A stretch of 64,000 nt of DNA from Candidatus Bathyarchaeota archaeon (GTDB lineage Archaea; Thermoproteota; Bathyarchaeia; 40CM-2-53-6; DTDX01). The translations under genes were made by a program, and so were the position numbers. Shown here piece after piece: positions 56,906 to 64,000 of the stretch (position 1 is the stretch's first letter; every line of letters begins with the position of its first letter). Location of the stretch: positions 16,214-80,213 of the forward strand of contig JAGTRF010000004.1 of the NCBI GenBank assembly GCA_018396775.1, written 5' to 3'. Under the pieces are notes generated by a model that searched no databases, was not told the origin of the DNA, and saw only the letters and a list, made by a program, of their open reading frames with translations.

Positions 56906-57933
56906 GAAGATTTAGAGATAGAGATTATATTAAAACTTTTGATGAGTTATATTTTACAGTTTTAGGAAATACACATCCAAAAGATAAAGTTATAGCTTAT
57001 TTAAAATATGCGCCATCGAAAAAAGGTATTTGGGGTAAATATCCTCACCTTTATGATAGACCAATTAAGGAATATACGATTCATAACATTAAAAAAATGA
57101 TGAATTTCTTAAAAAAGAATTACCCGCATTATATTCATAAAATTTTTAATATAGATTTCTCAGCTGTACCATGCGAAAGCATAATGACTCATTATAAACC
57201 TGAAGAAAAACTTCAACAATTAATAAAATTAAATGTTAAAGATGAGCTCCAAAAGAAAGTTGTTGAGTTAGCTTTAACTTTATCTAAAGAGAGTAAAGTA
57301 GAGATTAAAGATTTTGGGGTAACAGGTTCTATACTAATTGATTTACATAAATTGAATTTTTCTGATATAGATTTGACAGTTTATGGAAAAGAAAACAGTT
57401 TAGCTGTTAAAAAAGCTTTAAAGAACATTTACTCTAAAGAAGGTGAAATTCAAAAGTTTTCTATTAAAGATTTTGAAGAATGGTATAAAATAAAAGGACG
57501 CCTTTACCCATTAACGCTTAAAGAAGCTTTAACTCTTTTTGAGAAAGCTTGGAATAAAGGAAAATTTAAAGAAACACCTTTTTCAATTCACCCTATTAAA
57601 ATTGAAAGCGAGATTAAAGAAGATTACTATAAAAGACAGTATTTTCCAATATCTTTAGTTGCAGGTAAAGCAAAAATTATTGATGCAAGCGAATCAATTT
57701 TTATGCCTGGGAAATACAAAGTTGAATGCAAATTAAAGAGAGAAGTGAAAGTAAATGAAATTGTAACTTTCGAAGGGTTTTATGCTGGAGTAGCTGAAGA
57801 AGGAGAAGAAATTTTATTTAAAGGAAAATTAGAAAAAGTGGAAGATAAAAACAAAAATGAAAGTTACTTTAGAATCGTTGTAGGTTCGCTTGAAGCTAAA
57901 GGAGAAGATTACATAAAGATTGTTAAGGATTAG
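56902..57933 (+). CDS. uncharacterised pol-beta-type nucleotidyltransferase-motif protein (paralogue B)
   Basis: YFTVLGNTHPKDKVIAYLKYAPSK; KDFGVTGSILIDLHKLNFSDIDLTVYG; ESIFMPGKYKV...EIVTFEGFY...GKLEKV...YFRIVVG. Confidence 0.6.
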   Translation: MRRFRDRDYIKTFDELYFTVLGNTHPKDKVIAYLKYAPSKKGIWGKYPHLYDRPIKEYTIHNIKKMMNFLKKNYPHYIHKIFNIDFSAVPCESIMTHYKPEEKLQQLIKLNVKDELQKKVVELALTLSKESKVEIKDFGVTGSILIDLHKLNFSDIDLTVYGKENSLAVKKALKNIYSKEGEIQKFSIKDFEEWYKIKGRLYPLTLKEALTLFEKAWNKGKFKETPFSIHPIKIESEIKEDYYKRQYFPISLVAGKAKIIDASESIFMPGKYKVECKLKREVKVNEIVTFEGFYAGVAEEGEEILFKGKLEKVEDKNKNESYFRIVVGSLEAKGEDYIKIVKD

Positions 57934-58831
57934 ATTCTAAAGCTTCTTTTAAGTTTATTTGAATAGGGCCCAATTTTCCACCAAAGTTAACTGCACTTAT
58001 TTTTTTAACTCCTTTAACCTGAGCTGCAGCTTTAATTCCAGCAGCGGTAGCTTTCTTTACAATTTTTGTTGTAACACCATTAAACACTATTTCGTAAACG
58101 CTGTTAACGCCTTCAGGAACTTTACTATCTTCAATTAAGCTTTTTAAAGCTGGACAGTAAGGATGATTTGTTGAAGCTGGAAGCTTATATTTTCTAGCAC
58201 CAACCTTAGATCCGGACCTGCATATTCCACCTGGAAAAGGAAGAATTACACCCTCAATCTTTTGAATAGCTTCAACAGCTTTTTCAGCAGCTTCTAAAGC
58301 AGCCTTCCTATTTTCAGCCATTATAAGAAAATTTCCTCCAGCTGCACATCTTCTAACCCCAAACCTATCTTCTATAATAAATTCGCCCTCCATCACTGGA
58401 ATTCTCCAAATTTTTCTTTCAGCTAAAACATCACTTTTTTCAAACCCATCTCCAAACAGTTTAATTGCTCTACCCACCTTCAATCTTTTTTTAGCTAAAG
58501 GCATAGCATCAAAAGCAGCTGTGGTTGGGCAAGTTAATACGCATTGACCTAACCTGCTTATCAATTGAAGCTTTAAAGCGCTTCCAAACCTATGGTAAAC
58601 TTGAATATAAACTCCCGGCCTGTTATCTGGAGTTTCATTTGGTGAAGCTATAGGCCCTTCAAACCCTGCTTCAGCTGGAGACATAATTATAGATGAAGCG
58701 AAGCCTGTAGCGGTTTTAGCAGCTGTTAAAGCCCACTTCTCGTTTTCAGCTGTAATTAAAACTCTTGAAGCCCACATTGGAAAAGCTTCAGCAAAATCAT
58801 TATCATCAATCTCCACTTCCCCAATTTTCAT
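57923..58831 (-). CDS. ftr: formylmethanofuran:tetrahydromethanopterin N-formyltransferase
   Basis: MKIGEVEIDDNDFAEAFPMWASRVLITAENEKWALTAAKTATGFASSIIMSPAEAGFE...; 302 aa, collinear with Ftr proteins. Confidence 0.85.
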   Translation of the reverse strand: MKIGEVEIDDNDFAEAFPMWASRVLITAENEKWALTAAKTATGFASSIIMSPAEAGFEGPIASPNETPDNRPGVYIQVYHRFGSALKLQLISRLGQCVLTCPTTAAFDAMPLAKKRLKVGRAIKLFGDGFEKSDVLAERKIWRIPVMEGEFIIEDRFGVRRCAAGGNFLIMAENRKAALEAAEKAVEAIQKIEGVILPFPGGICRSGSKVGARKYKLPASTNHPYCPALKSLIEDSKVPEGVNSVYEIVFNGVTTKIVKKATAAGIKAAAQVKGVKKISAVNFGGKLGPIQINLKEALESNP

Positions 58832-58881
58832 TTAAATCACCTTAACCCTTTTAATTATTCTTTAATTCTAAATTTAAAATT

Positions 58882-59940
58882 TTAGCTAATTGTTTTAAGG
58901 GTTTGCTCATAATATCTTTTACCATAAGTTAAAACAAGCTGGTAAAGCTTTTCTCTATTACTTAATTTAACAAGCTCTAGATTTCCCTCTGCATAAATTT
59001 TATCTCCCTCTTTAGCTTGCATTCTAAATTCTTCAATATAGGAAACTATAGCGTCAATTCTAGAAACTTTAAAACCTTTAATTTCTTTAGCTTCAATCCA
59101 ATAAATAGAAGGCATAAAAATTGATTCCGACTCATTAATAACTTTTCCAATAACTGATACCCATCCCAACTTCTTAATTTTTAAAGGGTAAATCTGTTGA
59201 TTAACAATTTCTTTATCGCTTTTAACAGGTTCAAACTCTACTTTTATTTTTCTATTAAAGCTTTTATCAATTAAAACACCGTAAACTAATTTTCTTTTTT
59301 GATGGGCGAAAAACTCTTTTAAGGAAAGCTTTTTAAATCTCCACTTTTCTTTAAATGGTAAAACTTCAAATTCATTAGCCATAAAGCTTTTTTCATTATA
59401 AAATTCTTTTAACACATCTTTTAACTCAAGCAACTGTTTCCTACCATAAATGATGAAATCTAAATCAGAGTAGCTTGGATGATAAAAATCATGAAGAATT
59501 GAACCGAAAACTCCAAAATCATTAATTGAAAGTTTTGAGCGATTTAAAATTTCTGAAATAACTTTGAAAAGAGCCCTTATTAATTCATTATTTTTCTCGC
59601 TGTAAAAAACAGTTTTTAATTTTTCTTCAGGAAACTTAATTTGAGAAATCTGGTTTTTCTTTAAACCAATTAAGTTAAATTTTAAATGTGGGTGCTTCAC
59701 TTTATATTGAGGAAACTTCTTTTCAATAAATAATATTCCTTCATGCTCATAAAATTTGTAATATTTTTCGCCTTGAAACCCCTCTCTAAAAGCTTTAGAG
59801 TTTTTAGAATTAAATATTTTTAAAGGCGCGTATTCAGCGTCGCAAATAAAACCATTCACTGGATGCGTATACCCTAAAACCCTAAATATTATTCCCTCTT
59901 TAGAAGTTAACGCATCTCTATCTTTAATAATATTTCTCAT
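58882..59940 (-). CDS. uncharacterised pol-beta-type nucleotidyltransferase-motif protein (paralogue C, opposite strand)
   Basis: IFRVLGYTHPVNGFICDAEYAPLK; NDFGVFGSILHDFYHPSYSDLDFIIYG; ESIFMPSIYWI...AIVSYIEEF...GNLELV...YQLVLTYG. Confidence 0.6.
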   Translation of the reverse strand: MRNIIKDRDALTSKEGIIFRVLGYTHPVNGFICDAEYAPLKIFNSKNSKAFREGFQGEKYYKFYEHEGILFIEKKFPQYKVKHPHLKFNLIGLKKNQISQIKFPEEKLKTVFYSEKNNELIRALFKVISEILNRSKLSINDFGVFGSILHDFYHPSYSDLDFIIYGRKQLLELKDVLKEFYNEKSFMANEFEVLPFKEKWRFKKLSLKEFFAHQKRKLVYGVLIDKSFNRKIKVEFEPVKSDKEIVNQQIYPLKIKKLGWVSVIGKVINESESIFMPSIYWIEAKEIKGFKVSRIDAIVSYIEEFRMQAKEGDKIYAEGNLELVKLSNREKLYQLVLTYGKRYYEQTLKTIS

Positions 59941-60028
59941 TATTAACTCAACCTAAACGCTTAAATACTTTTAAACTTGATTTAAAATTATTTTTGATTT
60001 TTAAAAGATTTAATTATTTAAAAAAAAG

Positions 60029-60871
60029 GTGATTTTAGTTTTGGCAGTTAAAATTGGGTTTATAAAGCTTGGAAATATAGGTTCAGCGCCTTTAATAGAG
60101 TTTCTTTTAGATGAAAGAGCTGAAAGAGAAGATTTAAATGTAAGAGTTGTAAGCTCAGGCGCGAAATTAACTGTTGAAGAAGCAGCTGAAGCAGCTGAAA
60201 AACTTCTTGAATTTAAACCTGATTTAGCTATTGTGGTTAGCCCAAACGCTTCTTTACCTGGACCTGAAAAGGCTAGAGAAATTCTTAGCAAAGCAGGGAT
60301 TCCAGTTTTAGTTGTTTCAGATGGCCCAGCTAAAAAAGCTGTAAAAAAGCTTGAGGAAGGGGGTTTTGGATATTTAATAATTGAAGGTGATCCAATGATT
60401 GGTGCTAGAAGAGAATTTTTAGATCCAATAGAAATGGCTTTATTTAATGCTGAAGTTATCAAGGTTTTAGCCGGGTCAGGAGTTTTCAATATTTTATTTG
60501 CTGAAATCGATAAAATTATAGAAAGCTTAAAAAAGAGAGAAAAGCCTCAGCTTCCAAAAAGAATTATTGATAGCGAAGCAGCTGTTGAAGCTGCTGAATT
60601 TCAAAATCCATATGCTAAAGCTAAAGCTCAAGCAGCTTATGAAGCTGCTAAAAAAGTTGCTGAAATAAATGTTCAAGCTTGCTTTATAATTAAAGATTGG
60701 CAAAAATACACAACTTTAGCTGCTTCAGCTCATGAATTAATTAGGGAAGCTGCTAAATTAATTGATGCAGCTAGAGAAATAGAGAAAACAAGCGATTCAG
60801 TAATTAGGCATCCGCATTATGATGATGGAAAAATTTTATCTAAAAGGCGTTTAATAGAAAAGCCTAGGTGA
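60029..60871 (+). CDS. mtd: F420-dependent methylene-tetrahydromethanopterin dehydrogenase
   Basis: VKIGFIKLGNIGSAPLIEFLLDERAEREDLNVRVVSSGAKL...VSPNASLPGPEKAREILSKAGIPVLVVSDGPA...GDPMIGARREFLDP is collinear with Mtd. Confidence 0.85.
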   Translation: MILVLAVKIGFIKLGNIGSAPLIEFLLDERAEREDLNVRVVSSGAKLTVEEAAEAAEKLLEFKPDLAIVVSPNASLPGPEKAREILSKAGIPVLVVSDGPAKKAVKKLEEGGFGYLIIEGDPMIGARREFLDPIEMALFNAEVIKVLAGSGVFNILFAEIDKIIESLKKREKPQLPKRIIDSEAAVEAAEFQNPYAKAKAQAAYEAAKKVAEINVQACFIIKDWQKYTTLAASAHELIREAAKLIDAAREIEKTSDSVIRHPHYDDGKILSKRRLIEKPR

Positions 60872-60881
60872 AACTTTAGCG

Positions 60882-61271
60882 ATGAAAGTTAAGCTTATAA
60901 CTGGAAGAAGCTTGCAGCAAGGCGTAGGGAAGGAAACTGGAAAATTTTCTATAGAATATTTTAATAATGTAGCCATATGCGAGCTTGATCCAAGCGATAT
61001 GGAAACCTTAAATATATCGCCAGGAGAAAACGTTGTGGTGAAAACAAAATTCGGCGAAGTTATTTTAAAAGCTGTTAAATCTATGCAAGCTCCTCATAAA
61101 GGTGTAATTTTTATTCCTTACGGTCCCTGGGCTAATTTAGTTACGGATCCTGAAACTCATGGAAGCGGAATGCCAAATTTTAAAGGAATTGAAGCTGAAG
61201 TTTCTCCAGCAAAAGAGGAAAAAATCTTAACTTTAAAAGAAGTTTTAGAAAAAATTTCTGGAGGAAAATGA
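60882..61271 (+). CDS. fwdD: formylmethanofuran dehydrogenase subunit D (molybdopterin dinucleotide-binding domain)
   Basis: MKVKLITGRSLQQG...PYGPWANLV...; 129 aa. Confidence 0.8.
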   Translation: MKVKLITGRSLQQGVGKETGKFSIEYFNNVAICELDPSDMETLNISPGENVVVKTKFGEVILKAVKSMQAPHKGVIFIPYGPWANLVTDPETHGSGMPNFKGIEAEVSPAKEEKILTLKEVLEKISGGK

Positions 61272-62578
61272 ATTTAATGGAAAAAACAATTTATAATGCT
61301 GTTTGCACAATTTGCGGGTGCTGCTGCGATGATTTAGAAGTTAAAGTTGGAGATGGAAAAATAGTTGAGGTTAAAAACGCCTGCGCTATTTCATTAAGTA
61401 AATTTCAAAATTATAATAGTGAAGAAAGAATTATTAAACCAATGATTAAAAAGAATGGGGAATTTAAAGAATGCAGCTTTAAAGAAGCTGCTGAAAAAGC
61501 TTCGATGATTCTTGCTGAAGCTGAATACCCCTTAATTTATGGGTTAAGTTTAACAAGCACAGAGGCTATAGGTAAAGCTGTAGAGTTGGCTGAAGTTTTA
61601 GGAGGCGTTATAGATAATACAACATCTGTTTGTCATGGCCCAAGTTTAATAGGGGTTCATGATATAGGTGTGGTAACATGCACTTTAGGAGAAATTAAAA
61701 ATAGAGCTGATTTAATAATTTATTGGGCTTCAAATCCTGTTTTCAGTCATCCAAGGCATTTAGCTAGATATACAATTTTTAGTAAAGGAAAATTTAGGAA
61801 GGAAAGAAAAGAAAGAAAGCTTATAGTGGTAGATGTTAGAAAAACAGCTACGGCTAAACTAGCTGATATATTTATTCAAGCTATTCCAAACCAAGATTAT
61901 GAATTGCTTTCAGCTTTAAGAATGGCTGTTAAAGGAGAAGAAATTTATTTGGATGAAGTGGCTGGTGTTCCCGTAAACAAAATTGAAGAATTAGCTGATT
62001 TAATGATAAGCTGCGAGTTTGGAGTATTGTTTTTTGGTTTAGGATTAACAATGTCTCTTGGAAAAAGTAGAAATATAGATGCCGCCTTATCTTTGGTTAG
62101 AGATTTAAATGAAAAAACAAAATTTTTAATAATGCCTATGAGAGGCCATTATAATGTAACAGGTGCAAATGAAGTTATAGCTTGGCAAACAGGTTATCCA
62201 TTTGCAGTAGATTTTAGCCAAGGTTACCCAAAGTATAATCCTGGAGAAACAACAACAATAGAGCTTTTAACTAGAGGGGAATGTGATGCAGCTTTAATAA
62301 TAGGTTCAGATCCAGCAGCTCACTTTCCAGTTTCAGCAGTAAAGCATTTAATGAAAATCCCAGTAATAACAATTGATCCTCATAAAAATGCTACAACATT
62401 AATTTCAAATGTTGTTATTCCAACAGCTATAACAGGTATTGAAGTCGAAGGGACAGTTTATAGAATGGACGGGGTTCCATTAGAGTGTAAAAAGCTTGTT
62501 GAACCCCCCTTAGGCTTAAAATCTGATGAGGAAATTTTAACTGAAATCTTAGCGAATGTTAAAAAACTGAAAGGGTAA
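61268..62578 (+). CDS. fwdB: formylmethanofuran dehydrogenase subunit B (Cys-type, not Sec)
   Basis: N-terminal CTICGCCCDD Fe-S motif; the active-site region TSVCHGPS has Cys with no in-frame TGA. Confidence 0.8.
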   Translation: MNLMEKTIYNAVCTICGCCCDDLEVKVGDGKIVEVKNACAISLSKFQNYNSEERIIKPMIKKNGEFKECSFKEAAEKASMILAEAEYPLIYGLSLTSTEAIGKAVELAEVLGGVIDNTTSVCHGPSLIGVHDIGVVTCTLGEIKNRADLIIYWASNPVFSHPRHLARYTIFSKGKFRKERKERKLIVVDVRKTATAKLADIFIQAIPNQDYELLSALRMAVKGEEIYLDEVAGVPVNKIEELADLMISCEFGVLFFGLGLTMSLGKSRNIDAALSLVRDLNEKTKFLIMPMRGHYNVTGANEVIAWQTGYPFAVDFSQGYPKYNPGETTTIELLTRGECDAALIIGSDPAAHFPVSAVKHLMKIPVITIDPHKNATTLISNVVIPTAITGIEVEGTVYRMDGVPLECKKLVEPPLGLKSDEEILTEILANVKKLKG

Positions 62579-62590
62579 GGCGGTTTCGAG

Positions 62591-64000
62591 ATGAGTGAAA
62601 TTTTAATTAAAAACGGCTTTGTTTTCGATCCATTAAACAATATAAATGGAGAAAAAATAGATATAGCTGTTAAAGATGGAAAAATAGTTGAGAAAGTAAG
62701 TTCTAAAGCAAAAGTTATTGATGCCTCTGATATGATTGTTATGCCAGGTGGAGTAGATATTCATTCGCATATAGCTGGGTCAAAAGTTAATGCTGGAAGA
62801 GTTTTAAGACCAGAAGATCATGTTAAAGATTTTGAAGTTAAAACTAAAATTACTAGATCTGGAGTTGGATATTCAGTCCCCTCAACCTTTACCACAGGCT
62901 ATAGATATGCAAAAATGGGTTATACTACTGTTTTTGAACCTGCAACTCCACCCTTAAAAACTAGGCACACTCATGAAGAATTAAGAGATATACCAATTAT
63001 TGATAAGGGTTGTTTCCCTCTTTTAGGAAATAACTGGTTTATAATGGAGTATTTAAAAGAAGAGAAGCTTGAAGAATGTGCTGCTTATATAAGTTGGCTT
63101 CTTAATGCAGTTAAAGGTTACGCTATAAAAATAGTTAATCCAGGCGGAACTGAAGCTTGGGGTTGGGGAAGAGAAATAGCTTATTTAGATGAGGAAATCC
63201 CATATTTTAATGTAACGCCTAAAGAGATTGTAAGATGGCTTTGCAAAATAAATAATATTTTAAATTTACCTCATCCAATTCATGTTCATACAAATAACCT
63301 TGGGAAACCTGGAAACTATGTTACTACTATAGAAACTATGGATGCTGTTAAAGACTTATCTAAAGATGGAGAAGTTTCCATTCATGTTACTCACGTGCAA
63401 TTTAATGGATTTGCTGGTACCTCATGGTTAAATCTTGCTTCAGGAGCATCTGAAATAGCAGATTATATAAATAAAAACACTCATGTTGAAATCGACGTGG
63501 GACAAATAACTTTTGCCGATACAACAACAATGACTGCTGATGGCCCATTTCAATACATCCTTTATCTTTTATCAAGAGAAAAATGGGTTAATGCTGATGT
63601 TGAAGCTGAAACTGGTGCTGGAATAGTTCCATTTAGATATAAAAAATCTAACTATGTAAATGCCATTCAATGGGGTATTGGTTTAGAATTAGCTTTGCTA
63701 ATAAAAGATCCGTGGAAAATCCATATGACTACAGATCATCCGAATGGTGGCCCATTCACGCATTACCCGAAAGTTATAGCTTGGTTAATGAGCGGAAAGG
63801 CAAGAGAGAAAACTATAAATAAAATCAACAAAAACGCTAAAAGAAGACTTGATTTACCCGGCATCGATAGAGAGTATACGCTTTATGAAATAGCAATAAT
63901 AACTAGAGCAGCTACAGCTAAATCTTTAGGTTTAAAAAATAAAGGGCATTTAGGTGTTGGGGCTGATGCAGACATAGCAATATATGATTTAAACTATAAA
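62591..64000 (+). CDS. fwdA: formylmethanofuran dehydrogenase subunit A (amidohydrolase), 3' end beyond the window
   Basis: MSEILIKNGFVFDPLNNINGEKIDIAVKDGKIVEKV...MPGGVDIHSHIAG metal-binding amidohydrolase motif; reading frame stays open to position 64000. Confidence 0.8.
   Translation, partial: MSEILIKNGFVFDPLNNINGEKIDIAVKDGKIVEKVSSKAKVIDASDMIVMPGGVDIHSHIAGSKVNAGRVLRPEDHVKDFEVKTKITRSGVGYSVPSTFTTGYRYAKMGYTTVFEPATPPLKTRHTHEELRDIPIIDKGCFPLLGNNWFIMEYLKEEKLEECAAYISWLLNAVKGYAIKIVNPGGTEAWGWGREIAYLDEEIPYFNVTPKEIVRWLCKINNILNLPHPIHVHTNNLGKPGNYVTTIETMDAVKDLSKDGEVSIHVTHVQFNGFAGTSWLNLASGASEIADYINKNTHVEIDVGQITFADTTTMTADGPFQYILYLLSREKWVNADVEAETGAGIVPFRYKKSNYVNAIQWGIGLELALLIKDPWKIHMTTDHPNGGPFTHYPKVIAWLMSGKAREKTINKINKNAKRRLDLPGIDREYTLYEIAIITRAATAKSLGLKNKGHLGVGADADIAIYDLNYK

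Noticed and set aside
60010-60489. 159 aa minus-strand ORF antisense to mtd
   Set aside because: Low-complexity Ser/Ala/Leu-rich translation that entirely overlaps a strongly supported Mtd gene; an antisense artefact.
61268-62578. Possible selenocysteine (TGA) in FwdB
   Set aside because: The active-site position is encoded as Cys (TSVCHGPS) with no in-frame TGA. No SECIS-like hairpin was considered necessary.
1-64000. CRISPR arrays, transposases, integrases or prophage remnants
   Set aside because: I saw no regularly spaced direct repeats and no ORF with transposase or integrase motifs. tRNA-flanking regions lack duplicated attachment-site-like tRNA 3' ends.

Overview
This 64 kb window comes from an AT-rich (roughly 30% GC) archaeal chromosome, read from sequence alone. 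Its tRNA genes are very GC-rich, which suggests a thermophile. The content is mostly housekeeping. There is an L2-to-SecY ribosomal-protein super-operon, a second S13-S4 / RpoD-L18e-L13-S9-RpoN-S2 block, and a mevalonate-pathway block (memo-like, mvk, idi2, hmgA). The window also carries TFB, Gar1, HypB, Cbf5, RtcB plus archease, ValRS, archaeal SAM synthetase and DHS. At the right end is an H4MPT C1-metabolism locus (ftr, mtd, fwdD, fwdB, fwdA), so the organism is a methanogen or an H4MPT Wood-Ljungdahl archaeon. Three observations stand out. (1) Three divergent paralogs of an uncharacterised ~345 aa pol-beta-type nucleotidyltransferase surround ftr and sit just upstream of mtd-fwdDBA. (2) cbf5 carries a 17-nt frame-breaking insert exactly at the catalytic GTLD|PKVTG motif, a candidate spliceosome-independent mRNA mini-intron. 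(3) Two type-II (Ser-like) tRNAs of 118 and 124 nt carry about 30 extra nt each, apparently at two and/or non-canonical positions, and one lies next to rtcB and archease. Other oddities: the ribosomal operon lacks S8, L18, L24, S4e and S11 at their conserved positions; an Hsp20 gene sits between L30 and L15; twin small membrane-protein genes replace rps11; a glycosyltransferase / HAD-phosphatase cluster looks like compatible-solute synthesis; an HTH-CBS regulator is divergent from the SAM synthetase gene with a perfect inverted repeat between them; and a Lon-S16-like membrane protein is paired with a PAC2 homologue. No CRISPR arrays, transposases or integrases were seen. The supplied ORF track accepts GTG and TTG as start codons, so some gene starts were trimmed to internal ATGs.
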